Source: Alphaproteobacteria bacterium
GTDB lineage: Bacteria; Pseudomonadota; Alphaproteobacteria; UBA9219
DNA: 64,000 nucleotides
Direction: 5' to 3'
NCBI GenBank assembly: GCA_013286365.1
Contig: JABDFY010000002.1
Location: forward strand, 20,062-84,061
The notes under the pieces are model-generated. The model ran no database searches. It saw only the letters and a program-made list of their open reading frames with translations, and was not told the DNA's origin. Below are positions 22,224-31,931 of the stretch, piece by piece (the first letter of the stretch is position 1; the number at the start of each line of letters is the position of its first letter). The position numbers and the translations under genes were made by a program.

Positions 22224-23187
22224 TCCACTACGTATCACTCTCGGTGGCGGCGGCACCGACTTAGCGTCTTACTATCGTGATCATGAAGGTTTTCTCATTG
22301 CGGCCGCCATCGATAAGTACGTCTATGTCACGCTCATGCGCCCCTTTACCGAAGGCATCTATCTAAAATACTCCGCTCTGGAGCATGTCGAGAAGGTCAA
22401 TGAGGTCAAACATCCCATTATACGTGAGGCCCTGCATCTACAGAATTTGAAAACGCCGCAAATTGAAATCACAACACTTGCTGATATTCCGTCCGGTACG
22501 GGGCTGGGTTCTTCCGGGAGTTTCACAACAGCTCTTTTGAAGGGGTTGTATGCCCATCGTCGCAAGCTTATTTTACCACAAGAACTTGCTGAACTTGCTT
22601 GTCATATTGAGATTGATCGCTTGGGCGAGCCCATCGGTAAACAAGATCAATATATTGCCGCTTATGGCGGCATAACGTGTTTTACTTTTCACAAGGACAA
22701 CCGCGTTACAGCTGAGCCATTAAAAATCTCTATGGATGTAATGTTCGATCTCGAAGACAATCTATTGCTATTTTTTACCGGTTTTAGCCGCAGCGCCGGC
22801 GGAATACTGAAGGACCAACACATCCGTTTGCAAAAGAATGACGAAAATATGGTGCAAAATCTCGATTATGTGAAAGAGCTTGGCTATCGCAGTAAAGCGG
22901 CACTGGAAGCAGGAAATTGTCAACAGCTCGGCGAGATTATGGATGAGCATTGGCAACACAAAAAACGTCGTTCGGGCGGTATGAGTAACGTCAAAATTGA
23001 TGAATGGTACAACCTTGCCATGAATAACGGCGCCGTCGGTGGAAAGTTAGTTGGGGCCGGGGGCGGCGGGTTCTTGATGTTTTATGCCAACGACCGCAAT
23101 AAACTACGTCACACAATGGCCCATGCCGGCTTGGAAGAGGTCCGCTTCCGCTTTGACTTCGAGGGCTCGAAAGTCGTTTTGTCATGA
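22207..23187 (+). CDS. hddA: GHMP sugar kinase, D-glycero-alpha-D-manno-heptose 7-phosphate kinase-like
   Basis: MIIARSPLRITLGGGGTD N-terminus and GHMP motif PSGTGLGSSGS. It clusters with hddC, gmhA and gmhB. Confidence 0.75.
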   Translation: MIIARSPLRITLGGGGTDLASYYRDHEGFLIAAAIDKYVYVTLMRPFTEGIYLKYSALEHVEKVNEVKHPIIREALHLQNLKTPQIEITTLADIPSGTGLGSSGSFTTALLKGLYAHRRKLILPQELAELACHIEIDRLGEPIGKQDQYIAAYGGITCFTFHKDNRVTAEPLKISMDVMFDLEDNLLLFFTGFSRSAGGILKDQHIRLQKNDENMVQNLDYVKELGYRSKAALEAGNCQQLGEIMDEHWQHKKRRSGGMSNVKIDEWYNLAMNNGAVGGKLVGAGGGGFLMFYANDRNKLRHTMAHAGLEEVRFRFDFEGSKVVLS

Positions 23188-23888
23188 TTTTCCCCGTGGC
23201 AATTCTTGCCGGGGGACTTGCAACCCGTTTACGCCCCATCACCGAAAAAATCCCAAAGGCCTTACTTATCGTAGCTGGTCGGCCATTTATATTTCATCAA
23301 TTGGAGCTGTTAAAAAGTCAAGGCGTCAATCAAGTCGTTTTGTGTGTTGGCTATCTTGGCGAGCAAATCGAAGCAACGGTAGGGGACGGCTCTGCTTTTG
23401 GTCTTTCGATCAGCTATGTTTATGATGGCGCAAAACTGTTAGGGACGGGAGGGGCGTTAAGGAAGGCGTTGCCACTACTCGGCGCAGATTTTTTTGTCTT
23501 ATATGGTGACTCTTATCTTCAATGCCCCTACGCTGCTATTCAAGCAACCTATCAACAGAGCGGCCTCTTGGCGCTGATGATGGTATTACGCAACGAAGAC
23601 AAATGGGACAAAAGTAACGTTTTATATAATGAGGGTAAAATCATAGCGTACAACAAAAAAGCGCCCTATCCTGAGATGAAACATATTGATTATGGGTTGG
23701 GTCTATTGTCACGTAAAGCCATCGACAAGTATGGAAGTAGAGAGATTTGCGATCTGGCAGAGATCTATCAAAATCTTTCACAAGAAGGGCAGCTGGCTGG
23801 GTTTGAGGTTACGAAGCGCTTTTATGAAATTGGGTCTCAACAAGGCTTGGCAGAAACGGAAAAATATCTTACGACGAGGGGGGCTTAA
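23184..23888 (+). CDS. hddC: sugar-1-phosphate nucleotidyltransferase, heptose 1-phosphate guanylyltransferase-like
   Basis: AILAGGLATRLRPITEKIPKALL motif. ATGA overlap with hddA. Confidence 0.75.
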   Translation: MIFPVAILAGGLATRLRPITEKIPKALLIVAGRPFIFHQLELLKSQGVNQVVLCVGYLGEQIEATVGDGSAFGLSISYVYDGAKLLGTGGALRKALPLLGADFFVLYGDSYLQCPYAAIQATYQQSGLLALMMVLRNEDKWDKSNVLYNEGKIIAYNKKAPYPEMKHIDYGLGLLSRKAIDKYGSREICDLAEIYQNLSQEGQLAGFEVTKRFYEIGSQQGLAETEKYLTTRGA

Positions 23889-23890
23889 AA

Positions 23891-24535
23891 ATGAATAAAG
23901 CACAGGTCAAAATCAATGCTGCATCTGAAAGCGCAGAGAATTTTACCGATAAACATCTCAATGAGACGATACAAATAATTCAGAAACTGGATGTCAACAG
24001 CATTGAGCGCATGGTTGATTTGGTCGCTGATGTTAAGGCTGGTGGCGGACGGCTATTCTTCCTCGGGGTCGGCGGCAGCGCGGGGAACTGTTCGCACGCA
24101 GTAAATGATTTTCGAAAAATAGTCGGAATTGAATCTTATGCGCCAACCGACAATGTTTCCGAACTAACAGCGCGCACAAACGATGAAGGATGGGCAACAA
24201 TCTTTGTCGAGTGGCTCAAGACAAGTCGTCTCACACCCAAGGACGGGATTTTTGTTTTCTCTGTGGGCGGTGGCAATCTCGAGAAAAATATAAGTCCTAA
24301 TTTGGTCGAAGCCTTGAAATACGCCAAGACAATCGGATCTAAAATAACAGGTGTCGTAGGACGTGACGGCGGTTATGTCGCGAAGGTTGCAGATGCTTGT
24401 GTTATTATTCCGGTTGTAAATCCGGAGACGATTACACCGCATTCAGAAGCGTTTCAGGCCGTTATTTGGCATTTGCTGGTTTCCCATCCGCGCCTAAAGG
24501 CTAGTCAGACGAAATGGGAATCGGCGTCGCGATAA
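23891..24535 (+). CDS. gmhA: SIS-domain sedoheptulose-7-phosphate isomerase
   Basis: SIS motif FFLGVGGSAGNCSHAVNDF; size and context fit GmhA. Confidence 0.8.
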   Translation: MNKAQVKINAASESAENFTDKHLNETIQIIQKLDVNSIERMVDLVADVKAGGGRLFFLGVGGSAGNCSHAVNDFRKIVGIESYAPTDNVSELTARTNDEGWATIFVEWLKTSRLTPKDGIFVFSVGGGNLEKNISPNLVEALKYAKTIGSKITGVVGRDGGYVAKVADACVIIPVVNPETITPHSEAFQAVIWHLLVSHPRLKASQTKWESASR

Positions 24536-25083
24536 TGCGTCGTGCCGTTTATCTTGACCGGGATGGTGTCATCAATTCAGTCGCTATTCGTGAAGGCAAG
24601 CCCCACCCCCCGTCGGCGCTTGATGAATTAAAAATTCTGCCGGGCGTTAAAGAAGCCCTGAATGATTTGAAAGCCGCGGGATTTCTTTTAATTGTTGTTA
24701 CCAATCAGCCGGATGTGGCGCGTGGTAAAACTTCCCTTACTATTGTTAACAGCATCAACAATTACCTTAAAGACAAACTCCCGCTCGATGCTATTTATAC
24801 CTGCTTTCATGACGATGCGGATCAGTGTGAATGTAGGAAGCCGAAACCCGGTCTATTGTTGGCGGCTAGAGAGGCTTTCGATATTGACCTCAATTCAAGC
24901 TACATGGTAGGAGACCGCTGGCGGGACATCGAAGCCGGACGTCGCGCGGGCTGTAAAACCTTTTTCGTAGACCACGGATATGATGAGGAAAAGCCCAAGT
25001 TCTCCGACTATACAACAAGCTCTTTACGTGATGCCTCCCGCCTAATTTTGAAAAAGGAAAATGTAAATGTCTCGGGTAAATGA
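24535..25083 (+). CDS. gmhB: HAD-IIIA D,D-heptose 1,7-bisphosphate phosphatase
   Basis: AVYLDRDGVIN, VVTNQ, CxCRKPKPG and GDRWRD motifs. TAATG junction with gmhA. Confidence 0.85.
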   Translation: MRRAVYLDRDGVINSVAIREGKPHPPSALDELKILPGVKEALNDLKAAGFLLIVVTNQPDVARGKTSLTIVNSINNYLKDKLPLDAIYTCFHDDADQCECRKPKPGLLLAAREAFDIDLNSSYMVGDRWRDIEAGRRAGCKTFFVDHGYDEEKPKFSDYTTSSLRDASRLILKKENVNVSGK

Positions 25084-25783
25084 TTTGAAGGTCAAAATTT
25101 TTGCTGACGGTGCCGATAAGGCGGGCATGTTGGAAATGTATGCTAAGCCGTTTGTCAAAGGTCTTACGACAAATCCAACACTTATGCGCAAGGCAGGAAT
25201 TACTGACTACCGCGCATTTGCTAAAGATATTCTTTCCGAGATTAAGGATAAATCGATTTCGTTCGAGGTATTTTCGGATGACTTTGTCGAAATGGAACGC
25301 CAGGCAATGGAAATTGCCAGTTGGGGAAGCAACGTTTATGTAAAAATTCCCGTTACCAATACCAAACGCGAAGCTTGCTACAAACTTGTTAAACGACTAG
25401 CGGATAAAAAGGTAAAACTCAATGTCACGGCACTCATGACATTGGCCCAAGTTCGCGATGTAGTGGCGGCACTTAATCCAGATGTAGCCAGTTACGTTTC
25501 AGTATTTGCTGGCCGCATAGCAGACACGGGCAAAGATCCTGTCCCCTTGATGGCGGCAGCCGTTGAAATGATCAAGGTGAATGCTCACGCTGAACTTATT
25601 TGGGCCAGTCCACGAGAACTATTGAATATTTTCCAAGCCGATGCGATTGGATGTCACATTATTACAGTTACAAACGACGTACTTAAGAAGCTATCTCTTG
25701 TTGGGTACGACCTCGACGAATATTCTCTCGATACCGTCAAAATGTTCTATAACGATGCTGTAGCCGCCGGGTTTGGACTATAG
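25067..25783 (+). CDS. transaldolase-family protein (short, Fsa/TalC-like type)
   Basis: FADGADKAGMLEMY...GLTTNPTLM...VKIPVT motifs. Overlaps the gmhB stop by 17 nt. Confidence 0.8.
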   Translation: MSRVNDLKVKIFADGADKAGMLEMYAKPFVKGLTTNPTLMRKAGITDYRAFAKDILSEIKDKSISFEVFSDDFVEMERQAMEIASWGSNVYVKIPVTNTKREACYKLVKRLADKKVKLNVTALMTLAQVRDVVAALNPDVASYVSVFAGRIADTGKDPVPLMAAAVEMIKVNAHAELIWASPRELLNIFQADAIGCHIITVTNDVLKKLSLVGYDLDEYSLDTVKMFYNDAVAAGFGL

Positions 25784-25867
25784 GACTAGACACCAAGCGC
25801 CTTGCCAGGAATTGTGCCGCAAGCTAGTGTGGCGTTTACTGGATCTGGCCAGAAATATCATGGTTAT

Positions 25868-26593
25868 ATGATGAGTACCGATATCTGTCCGCCACGTTTC
25901 AAGTGGCCAAAAAGCTTTCCACCGTTGACAGCAGAACAAGAGCGCATCAGTGATGACTTTGTTCGTCACTGGCATGAGGTTCTTCCCCGACGTTACGGTA
26001 TGATTGAACGCTTCAATCACGGCTTTCCCGTTCGCCACGGTGATATTAAAGCAGGGTGCAAGACCATTGAAATTGGTGCCGGGCTTGGCGAGCATCTTCG
26101 CTATGAGAATCTCAATATACAGGAATACCACTGTCTGGAATTACGACAGATTATGGCCGAGAATATTCAAAAGTGTTCACCCAAGGTAAAAGTTACAGTC
26201 GGAGATTGTCAGAAACGATTACCATTTGATGATGGGTACTTTGACCGTATCGTCGCCGTCCACGTTCTTGAGCATCTTCCTGACCTACCAGCGGCTATTT
26301 CGGAAATGGCCCGACTGCTAAAGCCTAACGGTGTGTTTCACATAGTCATTCCATGCGATCCGGGCTGGCTCTATAGGCTGACACGCCTGATATCTGCCGA
26401 ACGCATTTTCAAACAGCGCTATAAGCAGTCCTATAATTGGTTTATTCATCGCGAGCATATTAATTCGCCAGACGAAATTCTGTCCGTTCTTGGGCGCTAC
26501 TTTTATATCGAGAAGAGGGAGTTTTTTCCTTTTCGCATTCCTCTGATCAATCTTAATTTGTGCCTTGGGCTCGTTGCACGAAAAAAAGCGTAA
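25868..26593 (+). CDS. class I SAM-dependent methyltransferase
   Basis: IEIGAGLGEH motif I and LKPNGVFHIVIP. The start is set at the first ATG (25868); the track's TTG at 25802 is also possible. Confidence 0.7.
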   Translation: MMSTDICPPRFKWPKSFPPLTAEQERISDDFVRHWHEVLPRRYGMIERFNHGFPVRHGDIKAGCKTIEIGAGLGEHLRYENLNIQEYHCLELRQIMAENIQKCSPKVKVTVGDCQKRLPFDDGYFDRIVAVHVLEHLPDLPAAISEMARLLKPNGVFHIVIPCDPGWLYRLTRLISAERIFKQRYKQSYNWFIHREHINSPDEILSVLGRYFYIEKREFFPFRIPLINLNLCLGLVARKKA

Positions 26594-26609
26594 GAATAAA
26601 AAAGTACCC

Positions 26610-28925
26610 TTAAATGCGACTGCTGTGTTTTTTCAAAGACGCTTTAGCTTGGTTGCAATCCAACAAATAGAGCGATTGTACGTCGTCAAACAATGGCGTT
26701 TTCTTCAGATAAGTCAGGCGGAATTTATCGTCGAAAAATACAGCCTCTTTAGAAGTTGAGGCATCTCTGGAAAGAATGAGGTATCTGAAGCCTTCTCGGC
26801 ACAGTTCGTCTCGAACTGACTTGAGCCGATTGTCAAAAGTTCCGGGTGTTTCCCAAAGATCGATGAGTGTGTGGTTAATGGGGTAATCATACCAATCCAT
26901 TTCGTAAACATTTTTACTATCAAGAAAAAATTTGTCTTCCAAAAGGAACATAATAATCTTGCCATTATCGTTCTTGAGTGCAGCATTAACCTTCGAATAA
27001 AAATCCCGTTTTTTTAGCCATTTCTGTTTGCTTACTCGATCCGCAAGAATATGGTCTGTTGTGCCCTTTTTGTAAGTGTAGGGGGGCGGTCCATAAGAAT
27101 GACCAAAAAATACAAACACTGAAAGCGGCAGGCAGAGCAATACAATCAATACTGTCGAAAACTTTCGTGATGCCAACCATCCATATTCATCAGAATCAAG
27201 CAGAGGTTTCAAGGCACTTAGAAATCCGAGCACAACCAATATGGATAGACCAAAAAAATATCTATGCTGTGGGCCCGCAAGAAAAGAAACTGTCACAAAG
27301 GATAGCACCGCCATAGTAAAGGTTAGGCAAGAAAGAAGAACAGCCGAAGTCCAATCGATCGGATTTCCTTTATTAATCAGTCGCCCCGAGGCCGCATTTA
27401 TTAAGACCAGCATCAAAATAACAGGTGTTAAAAATAGTAACAGCTGCGGTGCAAGGCCATAGAGAACAGGCAAATTAATGCCGCCGGAATAAAACATCAT
27501 TGACGCTTGGGGCGTCAAAGAAAAAAGATCAAGGAAAGTTGTGCCGTCGGGATCATTGGGAAAAAAATACCTTTTCGCAACGACATCCATAGTGCTTGAA
27601 TAGAAAAACGGCGATTTCCAGAAAAAATTGCCCGACGGAAAAGTTGGATTGCCTGTCAATCTAAAATTATCAATCAATAAAATGAGTACCGGGGTAGCAA
27701 GGGCAATGACTTGTAAGGATTTCGTTTTAAAACCATTGATTATAAACTGAATTGAAGATGCGACGCCGTTTCTTGCTAAGTGAATTAATCCTTTGATAAG
27801 GTAAAAAGAAATTATGTAAGGAATTGACTTAAGACTGGCTATGGCAAATAAGCCCGCCACCCATGCTTCGTATAACCGGGACGTATCAGTTTCCAATTCC
27901 GATGATAAATTAAAAGTATGATCCGCCAATCTGTAGCTAAGAAATAATACACAAAGGAACATATAGAAATCTGTAAAATTACAAGTCAGTTCCATGGCGA
28001 TGAGTGGCATAAAACAAAGTAGACACAGCCATAACCAGCGAAGCATCGCTTTTTTCTTGAAGGGTGCAAAAGAATAAGCGAACGTCACAAGTGCAAGAAA
28101 GTAGGATATCGCTTGGAAAAACTTGAAACTAAAGAGAAATACACTTCTATCCCATCCAGAAATTGTTGCCAGCAAACTGCCGGTGCCAAGAGAATATGCC
28201 GAAACATTGGTGAGAAAGGCTGGTCTGTCGGGTGTGAATAGAAAACCGTGGTCTATATAAACGCGCAGTGGTGCAAACAGATATCCGTTGAGATCGTCGA
28301 AGGAGAACGTGTATATGGAGGCCTTGATTAAGTAAGATATGGCAACTGCGTAGAGTAAAATGCGTTCTTTTAAATCAAGCGCGGAGGATTCTTTAAGAGC
28401 TATCCAGATTTTCGCTCTGTAATTACGGAAAATAACAATAGCCGCGTTGATAACAAGTAACGCCAACATAATCTGTAATAAATAAAGCGCTTCAAATCGC
28501 GTAAAGCGAACGATAAGCCACGATACAAAGGCAACAACAACATGGCCAACACAAAAGTTTAAAAAACTATTTTGGGGAAACTTTAAGCGGACATTGATTT
28601 CAAAGCCCAGAAAATATATTGAGCCTGTCAGTAAGATGGCGACCGCAAAAGAAAATAGATTGTTAAAAAAGACCAAGAATCCAATCAATGGTAAAATCCA
28701 AATGTACTGAGCCCACCATATTTTTGACAGAAGAACTTCATTGGCAGCGACGACGGCAATGACAAGAAAAATCACAGAAACAAAATAAGCTACCGACTCG
28801 AAAGTTATGTAATAAGCTAAATGGAAACCTTCATGATAGGTCCTGAGAATAGCCATTCCTAAAATAAGAGAAATAACAAAAGACGTGAGCAAAATAATAT
28901 TGACAAGTGGTTTTGTATTTTTCAA
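26610..28925 (-). CDS. large polytopic membrane protein with a C-terminal soluble domain (candidate GT-C-type transferase or polymerase; function unproven)
   Basis: 771-aa intact ORF with many hydrophobic segments across the first ~600 aa. It is visibly more AT-rich than its neighbours. No motif confidently recognised. Confidence 0.6.
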   Translation of the reverse strand: MKNTKPLVNIILLTSFVISLILGMAILRTYHEGFHLAYYITFESVAYFVSVIFLVIAVVAANEVLLSKIWWAQYIWILPLIGFLVFFNNLFSFAVAILLTGSIYFLGFEINVRLKFPQNSFLNFCVGHVVVAFVSWLIVRFTRFEALYLLQIMLALLVINAAIVIFRNYRAKIWIALKESSALDLKERILLYAVAISYLIKASIYTFSFDDLNGYLFAPLRVYIDHGFLFTPDRPAFLTNVSAYSLGTGSLLATISGWDRSVFLFSFKFFQAISYFLALVTFAYSFAPFKKKAMLRWLWLCLLCFMPLIAMELTCNFTDFYMFLCVLFLSYRLADHTFNLSSELETDTSRLYEAWVAGLFAIASLKSIPYIISFYLIKGLIHLARNGVASSIQFIINGFKTKSLQVIALATPVLILLIDNFRLTGNPTFPSGNFFWKSPFFYSSTMDVVAKRYFFPNDPDGTTFLDLFSLTPQASMMFYSGGINLPVLYGLAPQLLLFLTPVILMLVLINAASGRLINKGNPIDWTSAVLLSCLTFTMAVLSFVTVSFLAGPQHRYFFGLSILVVLGFLSALKPLLDSDEYGWLASRKFSTVLIVLLCLPLSVFVFFGHSYGPPPYTYKKGTTDHILADRVSKQKWLKKRDFYSKVNAALKNDNGKIIMFLLEDKFFLDSKNVYEMDWYDYPINHTLIDLWETPGTFDNRLKSVRDELCREGFRYLILSRDASTSKEAVFFDDKFRLTYLKKTPLFDDVQSLYLLDCNQAKASLKKHSSRI

Positions 28926-29271
28926 TGGAGCGCCTAATCAGATTATTTTACTGGACCTTGACCCTGAAAAGTTGAGGCTTGCGAGAACCCGCTCATGGGA
29001 TGGATGAGGGGGAGGTATATAACTTGTTACATCAAGCAAGACAAGGATCCCCCTCTGTTAAGTTAAGGGCGGTAAAGATAGCTTTTTACCTTGACATATA
29101 AGGGTTTTTAACCGATTTTGTCGCCCGCACGCGAGAGCGGAATTTTGGCTCTTGTTGACCGTGCCTGGTGTCAGCGTAACAGCTGGAATCCTGTTTAATG
29201 ACAGACCAATATTTAAGTGCTATTGCACCCAACGCCAAAGCAAACTTGTAGTTACACTGGAGAACCCCGCG

Positions 29272-30111
29272 ATGAATCAGCGCGAACACCAAATGCTCGA
29301 TATCTTAAAACGCGGGCGCGATGAGTTTGGTTATCTTGCCGTAAAAGCTGAATTTGAAGCTGAAGGTACGCGTATCGAAGAGCTCTTGCGTTTGATTGAA
29401 ATCGCCCGCAAGGCTAATTTAAAAATTGGCCTTAAGGTTGGCGGTTGCGAGGCTATGCGCGATCTTATCGAAAGTAAGCAGCTCGGCGTCGACTATATCA
29501 TCGCACCGATGATTGAAAGCGTTTATGCCCTGACGAAATTTGTTGATGCAAAAAATAAAATCTATTCAAAGGAAGAACGCGAAGACACAGATTTCTTGTT
29601 TAACCTGGAGACGGAAAGCGCTTTTCGTGCACTCGATGGTCTTGCTGCCGAGGCTGGCAAACCAAACGGCGCAAAAGGCATCGTTTTTGGCCGCGTCGAC
29701 TTTTCGCTGTCGATGGGTTTGTCGCGGGATTCCATCAACGATAAAACTGTTACCGATCATGTTATTGCGACGGCCAAAATCTGCAAACAAAAGAATCTCG
29801 ACATGGTAGTTGGTGGTGGTGTCTCAATGGATGCTTTGCCAGCCCTACGTGAGATCAACGCAGTCCACTTAACGCGGTTTGAAACACGCAAAGTCATTTT
29901 TGGCTCCCACGCCCTCAAAGAAAAGTGCGTCGAAAAGGGTCTTTTGAATGCCGTTCATTTCGAGTTGCTATGGCTGTTGAACAAGCGCGATTTCTATGGC
30001 GCCATACAGCAAGAAGACGCTAAGCGCATCGACATGCTTGAGAAGCGCTGGCACGTCCTGCAGACCGAAGCTGAAAACGAGGCGCCGGTCAAACGTGCCG
30101 CTAGTGCCTAA
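29272..30111 (+). CDS. HpcH/HpaI aldolase / citrate-lyase-beta-like TIM-barrel protein
   Basis: AEFEAEGT..., [10 protein letters not shown] and [11 protein letters not shown] segments resemble this family. Substrate unknown. Confidence 0.55.
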   Translation: MNQREHQMLDILKRGRDEFGYLAVKAEFEAEGTRIEELLRLIEIARKANLKIGLKVGGCEAMRDLIESKQLGVDYIIAPMIESVYALTKFVDAKNKIYSKEEREDTDFLFNLETESAFRALDGLAAEAGKPNGAKGIVFGRVDFSLSMGLSRDSINDKTVTDHVIATAKICKQKNLDMVVGGGVSMDALPALREINAVHLTRFETRKVIFGSHALKEKCVEKGLLNAVHFELLWLLNKRDFYGAIQQEDAKRIDMLEKRWHVLQTEAENEAPVKRAASA

Positions 30112-30138
30112 TGGCCGCCCAACGCGATTATCCTTTCC

Positions 30139-30849
30139 ATGGACAGTGAGCGTGGCCGCAATAAACTTTTGCTCTTTGGCGCCAACGGAGCCATAGGATC
30201 TGCTCTGCATGAAGGGTTCCGCCAAGATGGCTGGGACGTCGTTGCCACGAGCCGTCATGCTGTTTCCGGCGTCGATTGGTTGAAAGTTGATCCATTTGCG
30301 TCCGATTTTAATCCAGCTCTCCTTGATACCGGCGGTAAGTACACAGCCGTTTGTTGGGCCCAGGGCGCTAATATTAACGACAGCATCTATGACGTTGATC
30401 CGCAAAAGCATCTTGAACTTTATCAAGCGAACTGCCTATTCATCGCCGTAACTTTACAATTATTATTGGCGCGCAAATTGTTGGCGCCAGCCTCGCGCTT
30501 GTGCGTTATTAGTTCGATTTGGCAAAATCTTGCGCGGCAGAATAAATTTTCCTATAGCGTGACCAAATCTGCCTTGCAGGGACTGGTGCTGTCGGCATCT
30601 GCCGATCTTGCGGCGGATGGACATCTTATCAACGCGATTTTACCCGGCGTACTCGATACACCAATGACGCGACGTAATTTGACAACCCAACAAATTGATG
30701 CCGCAAGTTCGGCAACAAAATTTAATCGCCTGCCGCAATTGAAGGACGTTGTATCTCTTGCAAGCTATCTTTGTTCGCCTAAAAATACCGGCATAACCGG
30801 ACAATTTCTTGCCGCTGATCTTGGTTTTAGCCATGTACGCATCATTTGA
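30139..30849 (+). CDS. SDR-family oxidoreductase
   Basis: LLFGANGAIGSA Rossmann motif and YSVTK catalytic motif. Confidence 0.75.
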   Translation: MDSERGRNKLLLFGANGAIGSALHEGFRQDGWDVVATSRHAVSGVDWLKVDPFASDFNPALLDTGGKYTAVCWAQGANINDSIYDVDPQKHLELYQANCLFIAVTLQLLLARKLLAPASRLCVISSIWQNLARQNKFSYSVTKSALQGLVLSASADLAADGHLINAILPGVLDTPMTRRNLTTQQIDAASSATKFNRLPQLKDVVSLASYLCSPKNTGITGQFLAADLGFSHVRII

Positions 30850-31915
30850 AGTGGCGTCTTCATCCGGTGCCTATGGTGTCGAGATTGAAGCGGGTGCATT
30901 TAAGAAAACTTTAACTGCGTCAAAAGATGCTGTCGCGATGTGCGACGAACGTTTTGTGTCTTCCATCCAAAAGGCGGGTCTAAAAACTATCGCCATTCCG
31001 GCCGAAGAGGCCGCTAAGAGTCTGGACGCAATACCGACTTACATTATAAATCTTCGCAAACTTGGCGCCAACCGCCGTACGCCTTTGTTGGCTGTAGGCG
31101 GAGGTATCGTACAGGATGTTGCTGCGTTTTGTGCCGCCATCTATATGCGCGGACTTAGTTGGACTTATATTCCAACGACACTTTTGGGCATGGCAGATTC
31201 TTGTATAGGCGGTAAGTCCTCAATTAATGTTGGTGAATATAAAAACATTGTTGGTACGTTTTTACCGCCACAGAAAATCCTCATCGATCCGGATCTGGCC
31301 GCTACCTTGTCACCCGAGCAGATAATTGCAGGCCTCTGCGAAGCTGCAAAAATATGTTTTTGTCGTGGCCCTAAAGAATTTCAGGCTTATATGAAAATAG
31401 CGCCGACCCTCACAATGGACGAACGCGCAATAACGGAAATTATTACAACGAGCCTTCTGGCTAAAAAGTGGTTTATCGAGACGGATGAGTATGACCGCAA
31501 AGAAAGGTTGTTGCTCAATTTCGGCCACACTTTTGGCCATGCTCTGGAAGGAGCCACACATTTTCGTGTCAGTCACGGGATTGCCGTTGGCCTCGGCATG
31601 CTCTGTGCGCTGGCGTTTGGTCGGCGACTTGGCCGCTCCTATGAAGGAGCTTTGCTGCAATCCGTTCGTGACATGGAAAGTCATATAGATAAGCTTCTGC
31701 AGCAACATCCAACACTGCCAAAGCAGCTCGCTGGGGTTGAAGTATCGGAAGTATTGGACCGTTTTGCTGCTGACAAAAAGCATACAAGTGACCACTTTAG
31801 TATAGTTATGGTAAATGCGTCTGGGGCTGCTGTTTTGGAAAACCTGTCGAAAACGGATGCCACGCGCGCTCCGCTTGGCGATGCCATTGCGGACGTATTA
31901 AAGTGCTACGCGTAA
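30833..31915 (+). CDS. 3-dehydroquinate synthase family protein (sugar-phosphate cyclase superfamily), non-housekeeping context
   Basis: GGGIVQDVAAF, DSCIGGKSSIN, KNIVGTFLPP, RLLLNFGHTFGHALE and HGIAVGLG correspond to DHQS-family motifs. Confidence 0.75.
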   Translation: MYASFEVASSSGAYGVEIEAGAFKKTLTASKDAVAMCDERFVSSIQKAGLKTIAIPAEEAAKSLDAIPTYIINLRKLGANRRTPLLAVGGGIVQDVAAFCAAIYMRGLSWTYIPTTLLGMADSCIGGKSSINVGEYKNIVGTFLPPQKILIDPDLAATLSPEQIIAGLCEAAKICFCRGPKEFQAYMKIAPTLTMDERAITEIITTSLLAKKWFIETDEYDRKERLLLNFGHTFGHALEGATHFRVSHGIAVGLGMLCALAFGRRLGRSYEGALLQSVRDMESHIDKLLQQHPTLPKQLAGVEVSEVLDRFAADKKHTSDHFSIVMVNASGAAVLENLSKTDATRAPLGDAIADVLKCYA

Positions 31916-31931
31916 TAGGAAAATATGCACA

